A DNA stretch of 56,300 nucleotides, filler included, from Catajapyx aquilonaris (lineage: Eukaryota), in the NCBI GenBank assembly GCA_000934665.2. It is 4 parts of 4 records of this genome, joined end to end, with 100 filler letters (N's around TTAATTAATTAA, not from the genome) between each part and the next. Parts side by side here need not be neighbours in the genome. Positions count along the whole stretch, not along the records: positions 28,204 to 42,198 come from JYFJ02007916.1; positions 42,299 to 56,300 come from JYFJ02007917.1; 2 more parts are not named here. One strand, given 5' to 3'. The notes beneath the pieces are model-generated. The model ran no database searches, was not told where the DNA came from, and saw nothing but the letters and a program-made list of their open reading frames with translations. Shown here in pieces: positions 40,117-52,100 of the stretch. Both the position numbers and the translations under genes were made by a program. Numbering within the stretch: position 1 is the stretch's first letter; each line of letters starts with the position of its first letter.

Positions 40117-40632
40117 TCCCAAAAAATGTCGATCCAGCAACCCCGAAACACGCCTCCGCCATACACATCCACCTACCAACTCATTGTCGTTTTCGCTGCC
40201 GTTCTCCACGAGAGGCGCTACCTGTCAGAATTTTCCCAAACGCACGGTCCCTATTGATGTCAAGTTTGGGTTTTAGCTTTTAAGGTTTTAGTTTTAGGTT
40301 GCTATTGTAGTGGTTGCATCGGAGAGTGCTTGGCCTCGGCATAAGGTCACTAAGGGCCGATTTCTCGAACAGTGGTTCAAATGTAAACAAGGTTCAAATC
40401 CGGTTTGAACCCAGTTCAGAGAAATCCATTTCTCGAGGCAAAAGTAAACCATGGATACGGTTTAAACTCGGTTCACATCTGACGGCCCGATTGCTCCCAA
40501 GGTGGGGCTTGCAAAGGTCGCAATAAGACCGTAGCAACCACCGCACCCCAGGAGAGCTAGGCCTAGTCAGGCAGAGCACGAGTGTAGTTCACTACTCCAC
40601 AACGGAATGGCGAAATTGAAGTTACTGATGCT

Positions 40633-40995
40633 ATGGGGCACGTTGTCCACACCTTCGAAGAACTCATTTCCAACGTCTATCCTGATTTATACTCTCTCAG
40701 TCTACAATCACAAACATGGCTCTGGGAACGAGCCATTTTGACTTCAAAGAACGACACTACTGACTACATCAACCAGGATCTCCTACGCAAGTGTCCGGGT
40801 GAGGATAGCCTCCACGTGTCAGTTGACAGTGTCGTCAATCCACATGACGCTGTCAACTACCCCGTGGAATTCCTCAACTCTCTGAATCCACCAGGTCTAC
40901 CTCCCCACAAACTCTGTCTCAGGCTGGGGTCACCAATCATGCTCCTACGAAATCTGGAACCCCCAAAATTGTGTAATGGCACACTAAATAGATAA
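40633..40995 (+). pseudogene. Helitron Pif1-like helicase fragment
   Basis: WLWERAILTSKN...YPVEFLNSLNPPGLPPHKLCLRLGSPIMLLRNLEPPKLCNGT, truncated immediately after CNGT. Confidence 0.88.
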
Positions 40996-41321
40996 GTAGA
41001 ATTGCAAGTGTAATTAGCCAAAGAGGCCTTACCACCTGTGGGTAACAAAGTCCGGCTCCCAGACCCATACAGTCTGGGGCCAGGGCATGCAAAACATTCA
41101 AATCAATATTATTCCAAGGAAGGGGGGCAGAAGTAGAAGAGGAGGAAGTAGACTGCTGAGCCAAATAAATGTGTTTTTTTTTAAATTTACATTGAACAAA
41201 ATTATCTTTTGTCAACCTTTTGTAAATTTGTTACCACCTGGTATTTCTCCTATACTATAATAGTGGCTTAGTGCTGGCTGCCAATATATTCGACACCATT
41301 CGCGTTTTCTTCTGGTGTTGC

Positions 41322-42198
41322 TAGGGTGACCAGACGTCCTCTTTTACCCGGACATGTCCTCCTTTTCCAGGGTTTGTCCGGCGTCCGGGCGGATTTTTAA
41401 GGATTGGGCAAATGTCCTCCTTTTTTGACAGTAGTCGTAGTGCAACACCAACACTCGTAAATTCCGATGAAACCGATCAAACTGTCCCGCGCCCGGCTCG
41501 CCCGTAGTTTCGAAAATGACCGTTGGTGGCGCGCGGATCAAGGATCAAAGTTCAGAGGCCCAGGGCTGCCCAGGGCCTAGGCCAGACGTAAGAAGTACGA
41601 CCGCGACCTAACCTAGCGGGAGCGGTTGTCCCTAGCGCTTAGCTGCTCGAAGTACTGGACACGCTGCCACGCTGGCACTCTGGCTTAAGATGGCGGAATG
41701 CTGAGGCCTGAGGGGCACGTGCGCAGATCCCGGTCTCAAAGTGCCCGTGTGTCGGTGTGTGCCAGTGTGCAGTAGTGGCTGTAGTGCTGTAGTGCAGACA
41801 GCAGTCCCCTTAAAATGCCGAAGCGGAAATGTAAGTTCACCAAGGAACTTGCACAGCAATATTCCTCGTTTAAGAATGGAAGAAACGAGTACGAGGCAGA
41901 ATGTAAAGTCTGCGATGCTGGAACTTTCGTCTCGGTCGCAAACAAAGGTAGGTATCACACTAGTAGCCAAATAGTATTGAGCAATTAATGCATAATTTGT
42001 TAATATCTGCAATTGAAATGGGAAGTGATTAATTATTAATAGCACCACTTCCACCTTATGAGAATGCTCACCTTCACCACAATGATTGGTTACAAATTTT
42101 AAGTTACTTTGTTCCAGGTAGGCAAGATTTGGAACATCACATATCCTCCCAGAAGCATAAGAGAAACCTGCACAGCAGTAGTTCAACACCAACTCTGG
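41322..42198 (+). mobile_element. 5' end of a hAT (Blackjack-type) transposon. Transposase exons: 41815-41947 and 42118 to the gap
   Basis: Terminus TAGGGTGACCAGACGTCC with GTCC subterminal repeats. Spliced N-terminus MPKRKCKFTKEL...AECKVCDAGTFVSVANK/GRQDLEHHISSQKH (BED-like zinc finger). Cut by the gap. Confidence 0.82.
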
Positions 42199-42298
42199 NN
42201 NNNNNNNNNNNNNNNNNNNNNNNNNNNNNNNNNNNNNNNNNNTTAATTAATTAANNNNNNNNNNNNNNNNNNNNNNNNNNNNNNNNNNNNNNNNNNNN
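42199..42298. other. Assembly linker (44 N + TTAATTAATTAA + 44 N)
   Basis: Seen directly. Confidence 0.98.
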
Positions 42299-42394
42299 AG
42301 TTTTGCATTTAATATTGCTTGAGATCTAAGAAGATTTCGGTGTAATTACCCACGCTCTTTTTTTCCCCGTGCGAAGAACGGGTACCGCTGCTAG
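42299..42394 (+). mobile_element. Helitron 3' terminus
   Basis: Short hairpin CCCGT-GCGAAGA-ACGGG (42366-42382), followed 8 nt later by CTAG (42391-42394) and a host T. Confidence 0.7.
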
Positions 42395-43824
42395 TAATAA
42401 CTAAAACTGGGCGGAATTTGTCAGACTTGCTTACCTAACCATATTCAAAGCTACTTTGTTGTAAAGCTAGAAGCGAAACGTTTATTTGTTATGATGCTTA
42501 TACGAGTATTTCCGGAAAAATGTCACTTGAGTTATGCAATGTTCCGGCAATTTTTAAGCACAAATTTGGAACATTTGAAACAAAGCGATATAAAGTCGTT
42601 TTCAAATAAATAAAACGATAAAATAAAATAAAATAATTAGATAAAATATTTAAAATAAAGGTGTTTTACATATCTTCTGTGCAAGTAATGATTGTAATCT
42701 TGTGTGGGGAAAGAGGGGATAGGGCAAGGGTTTGGTGTTCACTTTCCAACGTGTCATTCGACTAATAGCAGCTTCATAGACAGCAGTTAACTCACCTTCA
42801 CTGTTGCGTCATCATGCGCCTGTTTTAATGAATCATTTTAATGATCAGTACCGCAAAGCTGCGAAAACAATGATGTCACAAAAAATTCTATGACACCTTT
42901 ACAAGATCAGAGCCATGCTACTAATGACTCCAGCCACTTTGGTTGATCAGGTTGCCACGAGCTTTGTTCCATAATTACAACCGGCTCATCTCAGTAATTC
43001 AGTAATGAGAGTGTGACGAACAACGTCTGTAATCAGTGACGAACCAATTTTCTTGAACCTTAATATCCGGTCCTTAAAGTGGAAGACGATGTTTACATTT
43101 TCTTCCTAAGGTACGAGGCTACATATGAGAAGTACGGAGAATTTTCTGTGTACATTTGGAAAGACGTGGGGGTTTAGCAATCCCTTCCAATTTCCAGTCG
43201 CCACTTGTGACCACTGCCCTAACAAAAGACGTCGACGTTTTCCCGCCGAGATTTACGGCGTCATTTGGTGCTCTAATCGAGAACCCAGGCCTCGTCTGCT
43301 GGAATGGATTCCTTTCCCACTCCTCCTTTCCTAAAGGAGGTTGCCTCCCCTTTTTCTGTCCTACCCCACCTTTAAGCATACAATGCCAGAGGGGTGTCAG
43401 CAAAATTAGTTTTGCCGGGATTTCGGAGCCTGAATAATTTAGGTCGACGGGTCAAAGGCCCGGGGATTCACGTTCAGTTAGTCAGGTCATCTATATCAAG
43501 ATTGCAAAAGACATATCTTCCAGGAGGGTTATTGATTGCGCTTCTCAGTTGCACTATATGGAACTGGGTTGCCAAAAGGTGATAGGCCACCAAGAAATAT
43601 GGGTCAAACTTCTTTGAAAATACGTTGCTTCGTTGGTCCGTTCATAATCGCTGAGTGTCCACCCTGGCTGTGGTGAGTCCCAAATCCCATTCCTGCGCAT
43701 CGTTGCTCAGCATAAACCCTGAATGTGCACCATCGCTATTCTGCCTGAACAGCCCCTTCAACTCATAAGGAAAACCTGATCTTATCTTAATCACACCCTA
43801 CCATCCAAATCCAAACGCTATAAA

Positions 43825-43881
43825 AGGCCGGGTTACACCATCGCGGATTGACTTGTAACCCACGATGGTGTAACCCGGCCT
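43825..43881. repeat. 57-bp hairpin, minimal PIF/Harbinger-like MITE
   Basis: AGGCCGGGTTACACCATCG ... CGATGGTGTAACCCGGCCT (19-bp perfect arms). Confidence 0.7.
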
Positions 43882-45368
43882 AGTTAGCATCTCTATAAGT
43901 AGAAACTTTGTGTGTTCAGTTATTCCCACTCATTTCGAGAGAGCATAGAAAGGTGAAAATTGACATTCTGATAGCTGATTAGCTGAAACTCCAATTTAAA
44001 AAAACCCAAAACTCGAAAAGAACTTTTTCTTTGAACTTCCGCAATTTTGAGTGAAAAAACGATCATATATGGGACACTTTCTTGCATGTCCCTTTTGAAA
44101 GTTTTGGGCTGATGAAACACGCCTAAATATCCAACGATATCTGTGATATATCATGGGGGCTCCCAGCAGACTTCATGGGTAATCAGCAGCCACCCACTCT
44201 CTCTTCCCCTTGCCCCACTTCCCAAAACCCATTCCCTTGGGCAAGAGGCGGATTGGGAGAATACTCGGCCGGGTATGGACCAGGGATGTTTGATCCTGAG
44301 GATTAAGGGACGACTGTAGGGAAGTGGAAGAGGAGGATGGACCAGAACTGTAAAATAATATAAAAACACCAATCGGTCACATCACAACATACAGTATGTG
44401 GCCGCGTAATAACCGAGTCTGTCTATTTCCAAGAAACTAAAATGAAACCTGGTGGAGCTGCATGTATTATGAAAAAACTGCCTCAAATATGCACCTACAC
44501 CTCGAAATATCGGCAAAAGTGTCGTAATACCAGAAGATAGGTGTTTCTGCACTTTTTTGTGGGCATGAACCGTATATTTCCAACCTCCGCAAAGCATGAT
44601 GAGATTAAGGCAGCTGACCCTTTTCTATCTTGACGTAGGTTGTGACATGCATGCGCTAGTAGGCTATTACAGGCTGACGTCCCCACATGTAGTTTAGTCC
44701 GGGGATGTAATGTCCAAAGTGCGCCTCTCGTGTGCTGTGGAGCAGAAAACTTGATAGCTTCCTGACCAGCATATTAATGGCAAATCAATGTGTTTAGGGT
44801 ATGTCATGAGTCCATAGACTGTCTGCAGTTTGATCAGCACCTTTTAGAGGTTTCCTATTATATACGTACAGCATAACAGGGCGACACTTCCTAGAGTTTG
44901 TAGTACATAGCATGTGCGTATTATAAATTGACAGTTGTTTTAATTGAAGTGTCTGTGACGGTTAGAATTTTTACAAGCAGAAATGCGCTGCTTATTTTAA
45001 GGACGAACAGCTGCATGTCAAGTGGCTAATAGTAGTTTTACAGTCACCAAGTCATTTTGCAGAAGATTTGTCTTCTAAATATAATTTTCATTCTTAGAAG
45101 TATACATTAGCGTCAATTTAACGTTCAATGCCGATCAAGATTCCGTCAGCAACGTTCAGGAAGGGTTCACTGGTCAGCAGAGCTCGGGTTGATAGACCTA
45201 ACGGTGTCAAGGAACAAACAAGGTCGTGCGTAGAATGCAAAAGTAGTTCCCCTAGACTCTCATGCGACTTACAGATAGCTAGAATCAGACAACATACAAT
45301 TTTAGTTCAAGTTTGTAAGCTATACCAGGCCTGCCACAAAATGAAAAGAATGATGCTTTCTTCACCAG

Positions 45369-47422
45369 GGAACTGGACGCCTTCATTTACGACGGCTCGG
45401 TGCTCAATTATCTGGTGGGTCAGGACGACGACTGCCAATTGCTCATTGCCGGAACCTGGTACGCTATGACCGGGTACGCGGTGGGCTTTCCTCGAAACTC
45501 CAAATACCTGGCCGCTTTCAACCGTCAGCTCATGGACTACAGGGAAAATGGTAAGTTTGGCTCTACTTCTCCAGCTGAGAGGCTCGTCTACTTGCAGATG
45601 GTTTATTTATCGGGAATATTGAGAGAACGAGAATAAGGAATATGTAAAGGACACGATTATTGTTATTCTGGAAAGGGATGACATATTGCAGTGCTCGGCA
45701 GTTTTTCAAGACCATATTACACAAAATAAAAAAGAGGCGTCGTTAGTTAAAATAGAGAGTTCACAAGAGTATAGAACCATATGAAGCAGCGCTGCTATTC
45801 CTTGTTAAAGGGAGGAGAAATATACCAACAGTGGATGAACCGAATTTAGCCATGCATAAATTCAGACTAATTAGTTTTGCGTGTGAACCATGAATGGACC
45901 GAGTGTGGTATAGACAGCTACGTTTGAGAGAAAAACGAAACTGGATGAGCTCTTAAATGGAGTGATATCCAGTGGTGTATTCATTCATTTTAACATCAAC
46001 TGGTCCTAGTTGAAATGATTGGAAAATCTAATTTAGGGGAATAGTTAATATTTCTCAAAGGGAGGTGGGCTCTCAGCATTGAATTACATCTGGCATATCG
46101 GATCTGAGAGCATGGCGATATTATACCTTGAAGGAAGGGAAACGTATGAATGTCTGCTTCCCTCCACCCACCCTTTCATGTGCTTCCTTCCAATCAAAAC
46201 ATAAGCAAACTGACACGATGTTTAGACTAAATTTAGTGCTGCAAAAACATTTTCAAAATTGCAAATTCTTTGCGCCAATAGTGCTTGAGCTCAAACGCTG
46301 AAAGTGCAGGTAGAAAATAATGAAATTGTATCGTCTTTAATGGCATCCACTATAACTTACACGTTTACCCTGTGTTGCGTGAAAGGCGACTTGGAGCGTC
46401 TCCGGCGTTTCTGGTTGACGGGAACATGCAAACCGAATAAGCAAGAAAGGCAGTTTAGCAAACCTCTGGCCATCGAGCAGTTCCTGTCTGCCTTCCTGCT
46501 GCTCATGTCGGGAATCCTTCTTTCCGCCGTCCTCTTACTACTAGAGCACCTCTACTTCAAATATATTCGGAAGCATTTGGCCAAGACTGACCAAGGAGGA
46601 TGCTGCGCGCTCATCAGTTTGGTAAGTAATGTTAATCATTATTGAATAAATCACATGTGTTTCATATTAATAGTGGATCACTTAAGCGATTTCGAAAATT
46701 GTAGTGTTGTAGTATAATCTTATTCACACATTTTTATTGTCATCATATCATTCCACAGCACCATAAAAACTATTCTGACAACAATACTACTGCTGTAGCA
46801 TGCATTTATAGCCAGAGGCCAGAGGCCAGTACAAAGCTCTGGTGTCAAAAAAAACAGGAGGGAATGCTTTCGGAATAGTGGCAGAGTGTTCAGAATGATG
46901 TGGCAGAGGTGAGCGGATTTGTGGTGAGGGATCCGGTTCCGAATAATGAGAGAATGGGCCAATGCACTGAATTATTTCCGACGGAAACTGACGTTCTGGT
47001 GCCCCGCATTTGAGAAGCAAATGACTTACTTGTGAACCTATGCGGCAGGACGGTTCTGGCTTACTTCGTATAGTCGGGATCAATCACAGGTGTTGGTATA
47101 ATAATATGAAGCAGGCTAATTTGAAATATTGTTCGCCGTTGTTGTCGTTTCTACTGTTCGTGCGTTATACTATTGCCTATAATGGTCTTCTGAAGCCACT
47201 TTTGTGAAGACAACTTGCCTTTATTCTTCAGAGCATGGGCAAGTCCCTCACCTTCCGTGGTGCTGTGTACGAAGCTCAAGACCTTCTTCGGCAGCACCGA
47301 TGCAGAGACCCTTTGTGCGACACCCACCTTTGGCGGGTACGTCATGAGCTAGGAATGGCCAAACTCCGTATCCGACAATTGGAGAAGGAGTTGGAAGCCC
47401 ATGGTGTACGTCCCCAAAGGAG
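45369..47422 (+). CDS. Nmdar2: NMDA-type glutamate receptor subunit 2, internal exons (S2 domain, M4 and start of the C-tail): 45369-45550, 46386-46621, 47232-47422
   Basis: [44 protein letters not shown] / [32 protein letters not shown] / [15 protein letters not shown]; phase-compatible GT-AG introns. 5' exons are not in the window. Confidence 0.9.
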
Positions 47423-48971
47423 GTATGTGCATCGTTTCCAAGTTTACAGACAAGAGATGTTGACGTTCCGCGGCCATTTCTATTTGGTTTTGCGAGCTTC
47501 TCTCGCTACCAAAATATTCTCAATTTGTGACCGCCCTGTTGCAGTACAGTACCAGAGGAACAAGTGCCATTTTAACTGTCACCTAAGTTGTTATGCCACA
47601 CTACGACGGATTAATCTTCTTGAGTGCACCCTACACGCTTTCGCCGCGGGCACTTCAAGTAGGAAGTTCCGTACCCTCCCCCTCTAGGTTGCACTATATT
47701 GGAATATCAGTCGAGTAGAACCTCGCAATTAGACTGATATATTCGGAAATAACTGTACAGTAGGTGTCGCGTAAACAAATGATGCAGCGTAATTGATCCT
47801 ATATAGGCTCTGATATCGCCTGCGTGTTTGTGCGACCAGCTAGAACTTCGCATTGTTACAAGAGGCTGCTGGGAAAACTACTGGTGGAAATTGAACCGTT
47901 ACTGTCACGTAATGGGCGCCGCCATGTGAAATGGAAAAATCATGCGGGTTGTTGGCGATGGGGTGCGAAGGCATATGGGATGGTTGGAATTTGCGCAAAG
48001 GAAAGCTTGTCACTGTCACTTGCTGAGCTCATTTCAGATAAATAATTGCGAAAAAGTGGGGTTGGAAAAGAGCTGTTTACTCATTGGTGATTTACGAGTG
48101 TGGTTCCATGAGCACAACATACGAGGCCAGTGTATTTTTCGTCGTGGAACGGAAATAAAGAGCTGAGTAGTTTGGATCAGTGGCTTTAAAACCGCGATTG
48201 ATTCAAGTGTGACTTGATTAATTGCGTAAAATGCTATTTTCATGGTGGAAAGAGAGGTGGCGTGTTGTGCATATAACTTCTTACGATCAGGGGCGTTGAC
48301 TGCAAGAAATTGATATATTACCAACCTTCCCATCAAGGGATGATCCTTCAGAATTGAATTAGTAGGTGGAAGGAAGCCCATCGGCACCGGGGACAAAATT
48401 TTCGTCCTTCCCAAGCCACGAAAGCTTCTGGCCATTAGACCCAAGTAAGCAAGGCGGAACGAGATTCGATAATCCCTTTAGCTTCACAATTGCCTCTCCT
48501 TTTTCCTATCATGCTTGTATTAGGAACGCTTTCACTGCTTACGCTAATTTGCACACCTACTCTCCATAATTTTTGAAACCTGCAAATATAGGTAGCAGTG
48601 CGCAAAATTAGAAGTGTTAGCGCACCATGCCGTGCGGAGATCGATTACTTATGCCCAAATGAACAGCAGTAAGTAGGTAAATATTGGTCAGATTTCTCAC
48701 CATCCGGAAGTATTAAAGCGGGGGGGCTTATAATCTTGTTTGCTTCTGAGGCCTATTACTCACACATTCAAAACTTAAAGTTTGAACAGTTTGATAATTT
48801 ATAGCGAATTCCACGAGTGTTCATTTGCTATGCCAGCGAGACGAGTTTGTACATGGCTCCGTTTTTTGTAGAATTCATTTGGAATTTCAAATTTTATACG
48901 TGAGTGTGCCAAGCTAAAAATAGTAGAGTATTGCATAATAATAAGTAATCCTCTGTAGCAAAGTACATGAG

Positions 48972-49190
48972 GGGCCGAATTCAGAGAGGTTGCTTAACGT
49001 AAACGCGCCCGATTAAATCCTTTAGTCATCCTCGATTAGCAAATTTAACCAACCTGCTAATACAAAGACGGCGATTAGCGCTAAACGCCCCCTAATCGCA
49101 CTTGCTAGCACTTTTAAATTTGCTAATCGAGGATGACTAAAGGATTTAATCGGGCGCGTTTACGTTAAGCAACCTCTCTGAATTCGGCCC
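48972..49190. mobile_element. PIF/Harbinger-type (Tourist-like) MITE with perfect 77-bp TIRs
   Basis: 48972-49048 is the exact reverse complement of 49114-49190; termini GGGCC/GGCCC; 3-bp TSD GAG on both sides. Confidence 0.9.
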
Positions 49191-52100
49191 GAGGTTAATG
49201 ACACCTAGGTTGAACTTCGTATCTTACACAATATGTGACTGACAATAATGCACTGAAATGCTGCTCTAGTCTCAAAATTATGTTATTCTAATTCACGATA
49301 TTCAAATTTAAATATCAGCATGGTTCAACAAGTTTTAAATATTTAAATCAGCTTTGATTAAAAGGTGACATTTTTTGTGTCACTGTGTAATTATCTTGTT
49401 GCATTGACACCTTAAGGCGAAACTTGCATTGTTTGTGATATCCAGTCCTTTAAGAGAAAGAACGAAGTTAAGTTGTGTCTTTTCTGGTCATGCGCAGTAG
49501 TATGCTTGCAGAGCGATTCGGGGACATGATAGGAGGGAAGAGCCGAGTGGAGGCGGGGCTGAACGTGACGTCAGATTGTTCTTTCGCTTAATGGACTGCA
49601 TCACCTACGTAATTCACACAATGGCATATTTCTCCTTAATATTGGTGTTGATATCATTGGCTTTGAATGTCAAATGAAATAAAGTAAAAATTATTCGTTA
49701 CATATTTCCTCCTAGGAATAATCAGAAACTTTCCATTTTTATAGTCATATTCAAAACTTGTTACGTCATAACTAATTAATACATGGTGCAGTACACGCAA
49801 ATCCTTTGAGTCCCAAGAAACACCCCTTAATCGTCTTCTGACTACCACACTTTGATCTCCCTTAATATTTCCCGTCTGAATACCAGCAGTATCACAATCA
49901 TGAAGCCTCCTCAGCATACGAGACATAGCTGATGACATATTTTCGCATCCAAGCAAGTAGTTTGACGACAATCAAACGAGTTAATGGAGGGAATCTTTCA
50001 GAGCTAGTAGCAAAAAGTAATAAAAAGCTAGTCTGGTTCAGCTGTGTCAATTGTCGTGGGGGTCTGGTCTGGAAAGCCAACTCCGAGCGAGCGGAAAGAT
50101 TCCCTCTTTCTCCTCGAGTTCAAAGACAAGAATATTGTCAATAAGATCCTTTTTTTTGTGTGTGGGGGGGGGGGGTCGTCTACTTGTCCACGTGAGCTTG
50201 AATCCACTCTCCCGTTTTTTTATATTTTTTCAGCCCTTCTCCGTCTTTCTTTTCACTTTTCGCTAGTCCAGCAGCCAACAAAAAGATGGTGGATATCGGA
50301 AGCCCTTCTTGCCTTGGGATTTCTCGAGTCAAAGGAGGGGGTATGGGTGTCGTTGTGTCTGCATTCCTCCGACGTAAAACCGAGGGAATTGAAAATGCCG
50401 GAGAGTCATTCTTGGAGAGGTAAACCGAAAAGAGCATGGGTTGGTGGGCGGAGGAGAAAAATGTGGTTGGCTGGGAAAATTAGGAGAACAAACAAGTTGA
50501 CGCTTCCGGTATCTCCTGAGGAATTTCCAAGACTGTATGTCGCTTATTTTCCTTCCCAGCTTTTGCGCGGGATCTTTTGGCTTAGACCTTGACTTGATTT
50601 GAGAGAATTGAGTAAGATTTGGAAGGTTATTATATGATTAGGTTAGAAACTTAGAGAGGAATTCGTGGTGGCCATACTTGTTCCAATACTGCAATACATA
50701 TCATATATGGTGGGGATTTAGGGGGAATAGTGTACAAGGAACCCAAGGATTATCATTCTAATAACTATCTACTATATTTACAGTATTATATATAAGATAC
50801 AGAGTAAGAGGGGGTAAGAAGAAAGGAAGAGCTCCCAAGACCACTTCGTATACAGTATATGGAAAGCCCCTCACTCCGGGGGTCAAGTGGGGTAGCCTAG
50901 AAAGGGTTGGAAGAAGGACACGGGGTCATGACCGGATGTAGAGGAGGTGAAAGGAGAAACATGAGGTGTCAGGAAGGGAATAATTAGCAGGAGAGGGAAG
51001 GTGATAAGGGAGAAACGGTATAAATATTCAACTTTGAAATGTGAGAAACCGATAAAATATATTAGGTGACAGGATATGACTAATGTAAAAATAATATGAA
51101 CACATTTTCCATAAAGCGTGCCATTAAATAAATCCGATTTCTAACATCACATCATCAAGCTTTCAGGGTTCGTTAGAATAAATGCGGTGTTTCAAAAGAG
51201 GTGGCAAAAATCTTGTTCGGTATTCTCGCGACATTAACTGAATCATACACCTGGACGCAAACGGTTCCGCACTTCCCTCTTGTGCCAAAACGGTGGAAAA
51301 TTTCTATCCGTGTTTGCCGTTGCTAGGATATTTTCATTTTTTTTGCTGGAGGGACAATATTTCTAGGTCAATGAGACAAGACTCGCCATTCCAGAGACAG
51401 CCTTGTAGGCCCTTTTGAATGCTCGCTTGTATCAACTGTGGAATTTAAGTTATGAGAGTGAACATATACGAAAGGTGCGGAGCCTTTTGTCGCTCTTGAA
51501 TCATTTATCTTTTGGCTCGGAGTTTAAATGTGGGACATATTTTTGTGCCAGGTGGATGTTTTTTTCAAGAAGCAATTTCGGGAGAGAATATTTCACGAAA
51601 GTGATGTGGGGCTTGACATTGTTTATTATTATATTTACGGTACGGATAGGACAATTTCAAGTTATCTCAGGGCTGAATTTTGCGTTTGTTTACTCACAAG
51701 CGTATTTAAATGTACAGGGTGGTGCAAAATGTGTTCACTTCTTTTCAGATTTAGCTCTACCATATTACAAAGGGGAAAACCTGCCAGTTGATTTTGGTGA
51801 TTTCGGTCTTTATTACGATATAATCACATGCTAATTTCTTCTGTGCTATACGAACTTTCTGAAAGACAGTAATTAAGTTTAAAGGCTACTGTACCGCCTT
51901 TACGTTGTCCTCGGGCTATCAGTGACGCAACAGTTACGATTTCCAAGTCATTATGTGCTAGAAGACAAGTTGTTCCATACAGTATAGCCAGCAATAATGA
52001 AAGAACTTCTGACACCGAACGCGACGCAAGTGGGCGGCAAGCAACGTAATTAGTTTCGCGGAAAACAATGCATCAGCCAGTGTGTCCCAGGAAATTGCTT

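Larger units (their letters stand above)
36349..40252 (+). mobile_element. Apparently intact ISL2EU-type (PIF/Harbinger-related) DNA transposon, 3904 bp
   Basis: TIR AGGGACCGTG (36349-36358) / CACGGTCCCT (40243-40252), each flanked by AT (36347-48, 40253-54). Contains two convergent spliced ORFs: THAP-DDE transposase and SWIM-YqaJ nuclease. Confidence 0.88.

Noticed and set aside
41632..42192. 186-aa minus-strand ORF
   Set aside because: Antisense to the hAT transposase exons; no motif.
28204..42198. CRISPR-like array or prokaryotic defence system
   Set aside because: No regularly spaced direct repeats between fragments and no cas-like genes; genes are spliced and eukaryotic.
43100..43800. 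Possible degenerate LTR-retrotransposon 3' region on the minus strand
   Set aside because: Only a weak integrase-tail resemblance (SKKFDPYF) and purine tracts; cannot be supported without a search.
49650..51020. Compositionally distinct stretch including ORF 50044-50592, possibly a decayed retroelement or viral relic
   Set aside because: No recognisable motif in any frame; the ORFs look like chance open frames.
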